NCBI GenBank assembly: GCA_038087875.1
Contig: CM075988.1
Span: 8,186,001 to 8,250,000, forward strand
Direction of reading: 5' to 3'
Length of the DNA stretch: 64,000 bases
From: Malacoraja senta
Taxonomy: Eukaryota
Shown here: positions 13,231 to 25,203 of the stretch, in pieces
Position numbering within the stretch: position 1 is the stretch's first letter
How the letters are laid out: every line of letters starts with the position of its first letter
Position numbers and translations under genes: made by a program
The notes under the pieces: model-generated
Seen by the model: only the letters and a program-made list of their open reading frames with translations
Databases searched by the model: none
What the model was told of the DNA's origin: nothing

Positions 13231-13659
13231 TGGGTACCGTCTGTGTGGGCCAGTGCTGTGTCAGCTTTCTGTCAATCTCCTTAATTCCTAACTTCTTCCA
13301 AACGCTAGGCCACAGCCTTCCCATTTTCACACATGCTACTCACATTTTTTCCGCGGACAGAATAAATATCTTCCCGTCGCATTTCAACCTGTATTTGACA
13401 AGTTACTAACCTTTTAAAAACAGCTTCAAAATATTAAAGTTTTCCAAGCTCTCATTTTGAAGTAAAAAATTCCAACTGACGTTACAATCAACTCGCAAGG
13501 CACGACGGGACACTCCGCGCGGGAGGGGGACTCAAGCACTCCAACCTGCTCGACCCAGCTGGGATCCCTTGCCCTCTCCATCTCTACTCTCTCTCCCCCC
13601 CACTCTACCCCCCTCTCTCGAACCCCCTTCCTCTCTACTCTCTAGGGGCACCACTACAA

Positions 13660-13830
13660 CACGCTCGGCCCCGTTAGGACCTGTTCGGCCCAACTCAGCT
13701 CCGCTGGGACCCGTTCGACCCCGCTCGGCCCCACACGCTCGGCTCCACTGGGACCCGCTCGGCCCCACACGCTCCACTCCGCTGGGACCGGTTCGGCCCC
13801 GCATGCTCGGCTCCGCTCCGCCCCGCTCAC
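13660..13830. repeat. GC-rich degenerate minisatellite (GCTCGGCCCC / GCTGGGACCC units)
   Basis: Visible repetition of about 10-bp units, preceded by a CT-rich tract at 13570-13645. Confidence 0.75.
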
Positions 13831-14435
13831 TCAGACCAGCTAAGACCAGCTCCATCATCTCCGCTCGAAGAGGTGAGGGAGGGATTGTAATACATTTGAC
13901 ATCAACACTGCATTTGTAAAGGTCCCAGAACCTGACTGCTGTTAGACACAGCTCCCAGGTTTAATATATTTAGATGAACAGTCTGCAGACTTCAATTTGG
14001 ATTTGTGTCATGATTATAAAACAAACAATGGGAAATCATTGAAGAGAAGCTTAGACCAGGTTCCAGAATGTGAATGGAAGCCCGCATTTGACCCATATCC
14101 ATCTAAACCTTTTCTATCCATATACCTGTCCAAATGTATTTTCAATGTTGCCATAGTACCGTTAGAGTCTTTGCATTCAATCTCCACTAATTCCATGTTA
14201 TTCTCCCCACATTCCCTTCAACTCCCCAGACTCTACCCCTCACCTATACAGAAGGTACAATTGACCAACCAACCTACATATCTTTAGGATGTGTAGGAGA
14301 CTGGAGCACTTGGGGAAACACATTCTGCTTCAAATGCATCTTACATATAACTCTAGAAGGGAGGTCATTTGAGCCATTGGCTCCAAGCCTGCTTCCAGGA
14401 CAACAATCAAATACACCTGGACCATTTCTGACACT

Positions 14436-15630
14436 CCCCTACCATTCCTTGACCTCACTATCTCCATCGCAGGTGATAGACTCCTTACCGACATCCACTA
14501 CAAACCTACCGACTCCCATGGCTATCTGGACTACACTTCTTCCCACCCTGCTTCCTGTAAGGACCCCATCCCCCACTCCCAATTCCTCCGTCTACGCCGC
14601 ATCTGCTCCCAGGATGAGGCGTTCCACACCAGGGCATCTGAAATGTCCTCATTCTTCAGGGAACGGGGGTTCCCCTCCTCCACCATAGATGAGGCTCGCA
14701 CCAGGGTCTCTGCCATACCCCGCAACACTGCTCTCTCTCCCCATCCCCCCACTCACAACAAAGGCAGAGTCCCCCTAGTCCTCACCTTTCACCCCACCAG
14801 CCGTCACATACAACAAGTGATCCTCCGTCAGTTTCGCCACCTCCAACGTGACCCCACCACTCGCCACATCTTCCCATCTCCCCCTATGTCTGCCTTCCGC
14901 AAAGACCGCTCCCTCCGTAACTCCCTTGTCAATTCTTCCCTTCCCTCCCATACCACCCCCTCCCCTGGTACTTTCCCTTGCAACCGCAAGAGATGCAACA
15001 CTTGTCCCTTCACTTCCCCCCTCCACTCCATTCAAGGACCCAAGCAGTCGTTCCAGGTGCGACAGAGGTTCACCTGCATCTCCTCCAACCTCATCTATTG
15101 CATTCGCTGCTCTAGATGCCAGCTGATCTACATCGGTGAGACCAAGCGGAGGCTTGGCGATCGTTTCGCCGAACACCTCCGGTCGGTCCGCAATAACCAA
15201 CCTGAACTCCCGGTGGCTCAGCACTTCAACTCCCCCTCCCATTCCGTATCTGACCTCTCTGTCCTGGGTCTCCTCCATGGCCACAGCGAGCAACACCGTA
15301 AATTGGAGGAAATGCACCTCATATTCCGCTTGGGGAGTCTACATCCTGGTGGCCTGAACGTTGAATTCTCCCAATTCTGCTAGCCCTGGCTGTCCCCTCC
15401 CCTTCATCAGCCATCTGGTTGTCTCCTCCCCTCCCCCAGCCCTCGGGCTCCTCCTCCGCCTTTTCCTGTTTTCCTTTCTTCTCTCCCACCCCCTATCAGT
15501 CTGAAGAAGGGTTTCGGCCCGAAACGTTACCTATTTCCTTCGCTCCATAGATGCTGCTGCACCCGCTGAGTTTCTCCAGCATTTTTGTGTACCTTCGATT
15601 TTCCAGCATCTGCAGTTCCTTCTTTAACAC
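14436..15630 (+). mobile_element. Young 5'-truncated Penelope-like element: RT C-terminus, GIY-YIG endonuclease and 3' end
   Basis: ORF 14643-15383 has CNRKRCNTC, NLIYCIRCSRCQLIYIGETKRRLGDRFAEH, HFN and GLNVEF; followed by a pyrimidine-rich UTR and the hammerhead-bearing terminus. Confidence 0.93.
15501..15528 (+). ncRNA. Minimal hammerhead-ribozyme-like core in the Penelope 3' end
   Basis: CTGAAGA-A-GGGT[TTCG]GCCC-GAAA-CG-TT: conserved boxes, stem II with UUCG loop, palindromic AACGTT stem III. Stem I is very short; activity untested. Confidence 0.65.
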
Positions 15631-16338
15631 AATCCTATTTGTTCCATTCCTTCTCTCCTTATCTGCCTGCATCACCGCAACTTATCAACACTTTTGTTTC
15701 CCGCTGTTAATCTGCACCAAGGGTTCACTTACCACAGCCAATTACCCCATCAGGATGTCTTTGCAATATGGTAGAAAGCCGGAACACAAGGGGGAAACTC
15801 ATTTGGTCCTGGAGAAAAGATGCAAACTCCACCCAGACAGAACCTGACGTCAGAGTCCCTGGAGAACTAACTGCTGTACCACCATATATGCCATGTTTGA
15901 GTAAGTTACAGATGTGAAATTAGTTATAGTCATAAAGTCACACAGCGTGAAAGGACTTGCCCACACCATCCAACATTCCCCATTTACACTCGTCCCACCT
16001 GCTAGCGTTTGGCCCAAAGCCCTCTAAACCTGTCCTGTCCATGTACCTGCCTATTTTTTTTATCTTAAACCTTGCAAAGGTCCCTGCCTCAACAACCTCC
16101 TCTGGCAGCTTGTTCCATCGTTTGTGTCAGTAACGTAAAGAAACCCTTGGCAAATTGTCAGCCTTTTATAACCACACACGCTTTATTATTCTATCATAGA
16201 AAACCAGGCACCGTATAACGCAACCTGGCAATTTACTGCCAGCCTGCGGTGTGTTTTTGGTGCAGATCAGCTTGCCCCCAAAACCCCTACAAGGTTGAGC
16301 TTAGGCTTGCACTGTCGGGTTGCGCCCTGAACTCTAAC

Positions 16339-16555
16339 CTTCCTCCGGTGTCCGCACAGTGACGGGCTCGCTGTCAATTCCTTGGAACTCGTCAAAATAC
16401 GGGCGGATTTTGATCTCGTACTCGGTTCCTTTCTTCAAGTCTACGAGAATGGTGGTGCGCTCAGCTGGGGATTTCACATCTAGAACCAGCCAGGCACTAG
16501 TTTTGGTTTGGTACATCACCCGGTAACCCTGAATGAACTGGGCTTGGCGATCAAC
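16339..16555 (-). CDS. ROBO3: Roundabout receptor internal exon (217 nt), FN3-2
   Basis: ctttgtag|GTT GAT CGC ... GAG GAA G|gttaga. Encodes VDRQAQFIQGYRVMYQTKTSAWLVLDVKSPAERTTILVDLKKGTEYEIKIRPYFDEFQGIDSEPVTVRTPEE. Confidence 0.94.
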
Positions 16556-17359
16556 CTACAAAGAAGCACAGCGGGGTAGAAAGAGACACTGTCATTGCTG
16601 GCTTTAAAGGCACAATTCAACATCGTTTTGCAGTAGATACAGAGGTTGTTGGCATGGAAAATAGTATAGAAAGGATCATAAAATTATAACACAATGGTAT
16701 GAACATTGAATTCTCCAATTTTAGATAACCTCTGGCAACCCCCCTCCCCGTCCCCTTTATATGGAACAAGCTGCCAAAGGAGGTGGTTGAGACAGATACT
16801 ATAACAACATTTAATGGACACTTGGACAGGTGCATGGATAGGATAGGGTTGGAGGGATATGGGCCAAATGCAGGCAAATGTGACTTAGATGGGGCATCTT
16901 GGTCAGCAATGACTAGTTATGATTCTATGACTATACAGAAGATGCTGCTTCCTTTAGTCCACTCACACAACCTTACAATTTACTCAGCAGGTCTGTCTGA
17001 TATTGTACTTGAGCTTTCTAATTGCTGTAAAGAATAAACAAACAGATATTTGGTGCCCATCCCATTCCCTGCTCCTCTGCCTTAGTTCATCGATAGGATA
17101 TGTTTAGAGGGATATGGGCCAAACATTGGCAGGTGGGAATAGTATTGATGGAGCATGTTGGCCAGTGAGGGCAAGTTAGGCCAAATGGCCTATTTCCTTG
17201 CTGTATGGCTATGATTGTGAGCCAGCAGGACAAATGGTGAGCATGTAGTTCACTGGTTTTTAGTGTATGCAATGTATGGTTTCTGGAGGAAAAGTGCCAT
17301 CAATGAATGTAATTTCTCCCTGCCCCCCTCCTCTGTCTCTCTGTGCTCTCATTTATAGC

Positions 17360-18020
17360 TATCGGGACAGGTTGGGCAGTCTAGGGCTTTATCTGTTGGT
17401 GCAAGAGTCTGAGGGGTGGTCTTATAAAGGTGTATAAAATCATGAGGGGAATAGAAAGGGAGAATGCACAGAATCTTGTACGCAGTGTCAGGGAATCAAA
17501 AACCAGAGGACATAGGTTTATGGAGAGTGATTAAGAAAGAACTGCAGATGCTGGAAAAATCGAAGGTGGACAAAAATGCTGGAGAAACTCAGCGGGTGAG
17601 GCAGTATCTATGGAGCGAAGGAATAAGTGACGATTCGGGTCGAGACCCTTCTTCAGACTGAGGAAGGGTCTCGACCCGAAATGTCACCTACTCCTTCGCT
17701 CCATAGATGCTGCCTCACCCGCTGAGTTTCTCCAGCAATGTTGTCTACCTTTATGGAGAGTGGGGCAAGATTTAATAGGAACCTCAGGAGGCAACTTTTT
17801 CACACAGAGTGTGGTGGATACATGGAATAAGCTGCCAGAGGACATGGTTGAGGCTGGTACAATGACAACATTTAAAAGACATTTGGACAAGTACACAGAC
17901 AGGAAAGATTTAGAGCAGTATAGGCTGTACACAGGTAAATGGGACTAGTATAGGTGGGATAACTGGGTCATCATGGACATGTTGGGCCGAAGGATCTGTT
18001 TCTGTGCTGTATGACTCGAT
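17360..18020 (+). mobile_element. CR1 3' fragment interrupted by a Penelope-derived fold-back insertion
   Basis: CR1 3' motifs on both sides of 17530-17749. Confidence 0.8.
17530..17749. mobile_element. Penelope-derived fold-back dimer with hammerhead-like cores
   Basis: About 90-bp inverted arms meeting near 17655; perfect 13-bp TSD TTTATGGAGAGTG at 17517-17529 and 17750-17762. Confidence 0.85.
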
Positions 18021-18238
18021 GATTGAATTTATACTCTTCACTATAATTCAGGCTGCATTCTCAATGGTTTTTGTTCAGATCCCCTTTGCATCAGTGGTAC
18101 AATCCCCACTGAATTCTGGTCTTGTTGGATAGTTACATGTACTACATAGACTTAATGTCATTTCACAGCCAGGGTTATTCTAGAACCATAGATATAGATG
18201 AGTGTGGGACCATTCCTTCTAAAGCTGTGGAGATATTA

Positions 18239-18437
18239 AAGTAATAAAAACGAACTGCAGATGCTGGTTTATACCAAAGATGGACACAAAATGCTCAACG
18301 AGTCAGGCAGCATCTCTGCAGAAAATGGATAGGTTACTTTTCGGGCCGAGTCTGAAGAAGGGTCCTGACCTGAAACATCACCTACCCATTTTCTCCAGAG
18401 ATGCTGCTTGATCTGCTGAGTAACATTTTGTGTCTAT
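18239..18437. mobile_element. Penelope-derived fold-back insertion
   Basis: 14-bp TSD CTGTGGAGATATTA at 18225-18238 and 18438-18451. Confidence 0.8.
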
Positions 18438-18825
18438 CTGTGGAGATATTACATTGTCTGCTGCGTCTAAGTGTGAAGCCTGTCACGAGACTAGCCCCAT
18501 ACACGCAAAGAAATGACACAATGACAAGAGCAGCATCGAGCTGACACTGCCACATGTGAGTTGGTGGTTTAAATACAAGAGGAATTGTCAGCAGTTCTGA
18601 ACAAAAAATGTCTATACAAAATGCCTCCTTGGCTGCACACCTGTGATAGTCTACCCATTGAAATTAGATATGTCCCCCTGGCTACATGCATTTATTCTTT
18701 TCTTCACCATGCTATAACTTGCCTTGTCCCTACATTATATTGCCAGAGTGCCCGTGTGAGAAGCACTAAAGGTTGGTGCAGAGGGCCGGGGGTGTGGGTC
18801 GCTGGAGAAGCGCTTCACTACTTAC

Positions 18826-18947
18826 TGTCCAGGTGACCTGGATGGTAGTCGATGTCAAGGTGACAGGAGGCTGTAACTGGACCGCCATCTCCCCAAGCTC
18901 ACGTTGTACTTGCCGATGGTCCACTCCCTGTCCAGTCGGACTCACAT
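18826..18947 (-). CDS. ROBO3: Roundabout receptor internal exon (122 nt), start of FN3-2
   Basis: ctcacccacag|AT GTG AGT ... TGG ACA|gtaagt. Encodes (D)VSPTGQGVDHRQVQRELGEMAVQLQPPVTLTSTTIQVTWT. Confidence 0.94.
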
Positions 18948-19935
18948 CTGTGGGTGAGAGGAAAAGTTAGTGCAATAAATGTGCCAACATGTGGCAACAC
19001 CTGGTATTTACTCACACTTAATACTGCATTAATGGCCCATTATAGGGTTAATTAATCAATAGGAACAACTATAGTCATAGATCATAGATCATGTCCTGCC
19101 TGTAAATTTGATTTAATGGCTTGTCCATGATGTTTAAACAAATGTTTAACAATTATCCTAACAATCTGTAAACCGATGAACATTTTCTATTCCTTCTATA
19201 AGATGGAACTGCAGATGCTAGTTTAAACCGAAGATAGACACAAAAAGCTGGGACAGGCAGCGTCTCTGGATAGAAGGAATGGGTGACGTTTCAGGTCGAG
19301 ACAGAGTCTGAAGAAGGGTCTCGATCCAAAACGTCACCCATCCCTTCTCATTTTCTATAACATTTACTTGTACAAGATATATAAGGTGAAAATCCAACTG
19401 CCTGGGTTTGAGTTGGTAGATAAGAGTACAATCCTGAGCTGGATCCCCTGGTGTCTCGAGTTACCTATTCTATTTTGACTGCAGTGAATTCATCTCTCCC
19501 ACAATGTTGGGGTCAGTAACTATCTCTACCCACTTTCCTGCCTGCAGGAGGCTTTCTGAATTGGCTGTTTTGGCACATAATATTAGAGTGAATCTTGGGC
19601 GTTCTACGAGATGTGAAATCATACAAGGCTTCTGCACTAGATGTCAGTCCACAATTCTGAAACTGGAACTCTTGATCCCAATCACGGAGAATGACTAGAT
19701 GGAGCTCACCTTCCAAAGTTTGTACCCACACAGGAATGATATGAAAACCCAAGAATCCTTCTCTCTCAATGCTATCATTAAAGGCATGTGAGTCACTGTA
19801 AGTGCCTCTTGCATTCCCTCTTCAAGCAGCAATTCTACGAATGGACTACGGTAGTGGGACAAATGGCGTCATCATGGGACAAAGTCAACGAAGTTAAAGT
19901 CATGAGGCAATACATCAGGGCGAAAATCACCTTAC

Positions 19936-20102
19936 CTTGAGTGCGGACGGGTTCAGAGATGGGGCTGGGATCTCCCAGGCCGTAGGTGTTGACTGCACGC
20001 ACAATAAACAGGTAGATGGTGTTGAAGTTCAGACCAGTCACTGTATGCTTTTCAACTTTTACATACTCGCCCACTGTTTGCCATGTGCTCCCTGCAGATT
20101 GA
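19936..20102 (-). CDS. ROBO3: Roundabout receptor internal exon (167 nt), second half of FN3-1
   Basis: ttctcttcag|T CAA TCT ... ACT CAA G|gtaagg. Encodes [55 protein letters not shown], closely resembling fish Robo3 as recalled. Confidence 0.95.
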
Positions 20103-20689
20103 CTGAAGAGAAAAGGGTGGACGGTGATGCTGTGCAGGCAGCAAGCTGGATTTAACACAGTGTCCTCCTTTCCAAGTAGCCGCTGGTGTGCATCGATTAA
20201 ATAAAGCAAGTTGTGGTGCAGTACAGCTGTAGGAGCTGTCTTATCATGGTTTCCCATACGTCACAGTTACATTTATAATAACACAGGAGGACATTCGGCC
20301 CATCGGCTCCTGGGGATCAATCCAATCAGTCCCATTGCCCCAGTCTATTTCCCTGCACCACTGCACATTATTCTCTCACACACATGCCCATCAACTCCCC
20401 TTTTATTTTATTTTTTTCTGCCATTAACCAACGTTAGAATAATTTACAATGGGAGAAACCTTTAGTTGCCAGCAGAAAGCCGCACTACAGCCAGAACATA
20501 CAAACTCCACACAGACAGCACCAAAGGTCACTTCTGTAATTTTTGGACTGATTTGAAATTAAGTAGCTGTAGAATTGTTATCAAACCTACAAAGATTTAT
20601 GGCACAGCCGGCCATTCAGTCTATTATGTCGAAGTAGCCAACAAATAACTACATATCCTATTCTTATTTCCCAGCTCCTGTTTACTTTG

Positions 20690-20972
20690 GACTTTAGACT
20701 TTGGAAACAGGCCCGCCGAGTCTGTGCCGACCAGCAATCACACCATGCACTAACACTATCCTACACACTAGGGACTATTTACAATTTTACCAAAGCGACT
20801 GACCTACAAACCTGCACGTCTTTGGAACGTGAGAGGAAACCGGTGCAACTGGAGAAAACCCACACAGGTCCCAGGGAGAACATACAAACTCCGTACAGAC
20901 AGCATCCATAATCAGGATCGAACCCGGGCTTCTGGCACTGTGAGGCAGCAACTCTACTGCCACTGTGCTGCC
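20690..20972 (-). mobile_element. HE1-type SINE
   Basis: Reverse-complement tRNA head (ggatcgaacccggg) and central domain. Confidence 0.82.
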
Positions 20973-23289
20973 TTGCTACATTGCTACATTGAAGTATGCT
21001 ACAATAAGCTTTTATCTTGAGTATTTTTGAATTGTAATAATTCTGCCTCAACCGTCTTTACAGGTGGTAGGTTCCCAACCTCCGGAACCTTTGGATTCAA
21101 AATAAATACGTAACTCCTCTAAAACTCCTTTACCAATTATCTTAAGTCCGTAACCCTAGTCATCTTCCTGTTTGTTCAGGGGGGGAGATCCTACCTTCCA
21201 TTCAATCGTGGTCTTGCATCATTTTATAAATGTATAACATTCTGTGAATTTGTGACACATTTGAAAGCAGTTTTACTTTCAAACAAGCGCTGACTGTGAA
21301 ACATTGCCCAATTTACACTATTTCTTACCTACAGTATGTGCAATGGGCAGTGGTACAGCAGTGTATGTGATAGCATGGTTCAGAAGAGACCACATTGCTA
21401 AATATCAACAGCTCAGGCAGCCAAATTTCTAGCCAAATAAAAGCTACAATGTTATCATTTGAACATCTGATGTATTTTAAAGCGTCATGCCAGAAGGGTT
21501 CTGTCGAAAGATTTCCAGTTATTTGGAATGTAAAATTGGATTTTAATTGGAAATAAATGAATGATATTTTCATCCTGTATTCTTCTGGCTAGTCAGAACA
21601 TAAGCCAACATAATCCATCACATAAGGTCCCTTCAGCGGTTAAAGGTGATGGATGTCCCACAGCCATTTGTTTGTTCTATGATCAAAATGAAGGTTGCTC
21701 TGCGGTGTTTGCAGAGAAAATGAGAGTCTCACGCTTCAAGAGTCTGCATTTGTATAGCGTTTGGAGTTGAACTGTTGCATAAAGTTGTAATTCTAAAATC
21801 AGTGAGAGGATTAGATCAAATCCTTATGGTAAACACTCAGCTAGGGTGGAAATTGAAGCACATTGAAAGTCGGCAAATAATCAGCAAAACAGCAGGTAAA
21901 TTTAGATGGCATATCAGCTTAGCCTCAGCGTCAGAGACCCGGGTTCGATCCTGACCTTGGGAGCTCAGGCAGAAGGGTCAGTATGGGAATGGGTTAAAAT
22001 GGTTAGCAAAGACTTGATTCAGGCAGCTCTTTTTTTTAATGACCTTTACTTCTAGTTGATCTCACGAGTCAATCTAGTTCAACCCACTAATTTCTATTGT
22101 ACAGTACCTATGTGGTTGAATTTCACTCAGAGGGTGGTGCCAGAGGAGCTAGTGGATACTATAACAGCATTTAAAATAATTTTGGACCGATGCACAGACA
22201 GGAAAGATATAGAGGGATCTGGGCTGAACACGAGCTTAGATGGGGCATTTGTTCGGTTATGAACAAGTTGGACTTATGGGCCTGTTTCTGTGCTGTATGA
22301 CTCCAGGACTCCCTATGACCCTATATTTTAGGAAGGTGATGGCAGAGAATCTCCAATCTCTGGTTTACTGATGATGTTTTATTCTCTGCCTATCAAGCAC
22401 TGACAACCTTTAGTGACCCTGAAAGTTTGACCTGAAATCCCTGGGCAACCAGCAGTATATCACCAATCTCCAGGACTGAAAGTGGAAACCATACATCCAA
22501 CCTTGACGTTCTGTGCTGTTTACCTGACTTTAGAAAGCAGATTTTCTCTAATTGATGGAGTTTGCCTGACAGGCTTCCAGTACAGGCGTGTCTGGAATGT
22601 GCATTCCAGGTCAATGTAACTTCTCGCCATTACTGGATGGACTCCGAATTCATTCCCTGCAGAAATTTGCTGCTATTTTCAGCCCTCTTGTGTTCATTGC
22701 CTGACCTTGGCTTGTGGTCCATTCATATCTCAATGTTGAAATCCCAATAAGTGCCCAAAATTGTTCATGGCACACCCGTCTGAATCTCCTGGCTTTCCTC
22801 TTGCTCAATAACTGTCCCAGAACTCTATTTAGGTTTATTATTGTCACATGTAACAACAATGCTATTGTTTTGAGTCCTATTCAATCAAATCAGATAATTA
22901 TACACATAAATACAATCAAGTCAAACACAGGTATAACAGGAACACATTTACACGTGGAAATGAGTGGAGCGATTGTATCAGATTCCTCCAATTCCGGATC
23001 CCTACTCTCTGCACAGCATCACCGTCCCTGTGTCTTTAATCTCCTTGAATTCTTTCCAACGGCCTCTGCTGCTTTGTCTTCTTAAAATCTATCTTTCCAG
23101 GCAAGACTTTTGCTTCCTTTCCTAATATCTGTTTCTTGTTTTCTTCCCTGTTATAAGTTTGCTCCCATAAAGCACTTATGGATTTCTTCTGTTAAAGTAT
23201 CTGCAAGCATTTAAATTGAAAAGGCATAGTGGCTTCAGACCTAGTCCTGGTAAAAAGATTATTAGAGATGGGTACATTAGAGATGGGTA

Positions 23290-24888
23290 CTTTTGAGAAA
23301 TATAAAAGTGGATAAGTCTCCAGGTCCGGACAGGATATTCCCTAGGACATTGAGGGAAGTTAGTGTAGAAATAGCAGGGGCTATGACAGAAATATTTCAA
23401 ATGTCATTGGAAACGGCAATAGTGCCGGAGGATTGGCGTACTGCGCATGATGTTCCATTGTTTAAAAAGGGGTCTAAGAGTAAACCTAGCAATTATAGAC
23501 CTGTTAGTTTGACGTCAGTGGTGGGCAAATTAATGGAAAGGATACTTAGAGATAATATATATAAGCATCTGGATAAACAGGGGCTGATTAGGAACAGTCA
23601 ACATGGATTTGTGCCTGGAAGGTCATGTTTGACTAATCTTCTTGAATTTTTTGAAGAGGTTACTCGGGAAATTGATGAGGGTAAAGCCGTGGATGTTGTA
23701 TATATGGACTTCAGTAAGGCCTTTGACAAGGTTCCTCACGGAAGGTTGGTTAAGAAGGTTCAATGGTTGGGTATTAATGGTGGAGTAGCAAGATGGATTC
23801 AACAGTGGCTGAATGGGAGATGCCAGAGAGTAATGGTGGATGGTTGTTTGTCAGGTTGGAGGCCAGTGACTAGTGGGGTGCCACAGGGATCTGTGTTGGG
23901 TCCACTGTTGTTTGTCATGTACATCAATGATTTGGATGATGGTGTGGAAAATTGGATTAGTAAGTATGCAGATGATACTAAGATAGGTGGGGCTGTTAAT
24001 AATGAAGTAGATTTTCAAAGTCTACAGAGAGATTTATGCCGGTTGGAAGAGTGGGCTGAAAGATGGCAGATGGAGTTTAATGCTGATAAGTGTGAGGTGC
24101 TACATCCTGGCAGGACAAATCAAAATAGGACGTACATGGTAAATGGTAGGGAATTGAAGAATGCAGGTGAACAGAGGGATCTTGGAATAACTGTGCACAG
24201 TTCCCTGAAAGTGGAATCTCATGTAGATAGGGTGGTAAAGAAAGCTTTTGGTGTGCTGGCTTTTATAAATCAGAGCATTGAGTATAGAAGTTGGGATGTA
24301 ATGTTAAAATTGTACAAGGCATTGGTGAGGCCAATTCTGGAGTATGGTGTACAATTTTGGTCGCCTAATTATAGGAAGGATGTCAACAAAATAGAGAGAG
24401 TACAGAGGAGATTTACTAGAATGTTGCCTGGGTTTCAACAACTAAGTTACAGAGAAAGGTTGAACAAGTTAGGGCTTTATTCTTTGGAGCGCAGAAGGTT
24501 AAGGGGGGACTTGATAGAGGTCTTTAAAATGATGAGAGGGATAGACAGAGTTGACGTGGATAAGCTTTTCCCATTGAGAGTAGGGAAGATTCAACAAGGG
24601 GACATGACTTGAGAATTAAGGGACAGAAGTTTAGGGGTAACATGAGGGGGAACTTCTTTACTCAGAGAGTGGTGGCTGTGTGGAATGAGCTTCCAGTGAA
24701 GGTGGTGGAGGCAGGTTCGTTTTTATCATTTAAAAATAAATTGGATAGTATATGGACGGGAAAGGAATGGAGGGTTATGGTCTGAGCGCAGGTATATGGG
24801 ACTAGGGGAGAATATGTGTTCGGCACGGACTAGAAGGGTCGAGATGGCCTGTTTCCGTGCTGTAATTGTTATATGGTTATATGGTTAT
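23290..24888 (+). mobile_element. Young 5'-truncated CR1 LINE with a 439-aa RT reading frame
   Basis: KSPGPD, NYRPVSLTSVVGK, QHGF, DFSKAFDKV, GVPQGSVLGP, YADD; (TTATATGG)n tail. No endonuclease domain present. Confidence 0.95.
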
Positions 24889-25074
24889 ACAATGGTTGGC
24901 ATGAATATGATCACAATGAAAACATGCAAACTTCACATAGACAGCACTGGAATCAGGATTGAACCCAGTTCTCTTGTGCGATGAGGCTGTGACAACCCGT
25001 TGCACAACTGTGCTGTTCATGAGGCACTGAGGGAACAGATGTTCTGGTGCAAGAAAGAATTCATGTGGAGATGT

Positions 25075-25203
25075 GTTAAAGAAGGAACTGCAGATGCTGG
25101 AAAATCGAAGGTACACAAAAATGCTGGAGAAACTCAGCGGGTGCGGCAGCATCTATGGAGCGAAGGAAATAGGCAACGTTTCGGGCCGAAACCCTTCTTC
25201 AGA
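25075..25203 (-). mobile_element. Penelope 3'-end monomer beginning at the hammerhead-like core
   Basis: Near-identical reverse complement of 15500-15630; flank CATGTGGAGATGT repeated at 25062-25074 and 25215-25227. Confidence 0.85.

Noticed and set aside
13532..13919. Pro/Gly-rich ORFs on both strands
   Set aside because: Produced by the GC-rich minisatellite and low-complexity tract.
14775..15317. 180-aa antisense ORF
   Set aside because: Shadow frame of the Penelope ORF.
23293..24612. Domesticated or host reverse transcriptase gene
   Set aside because: No true start, endonuclease missing, frameshift near 24600 and a typical CR1 tail: a truncated young insertion.
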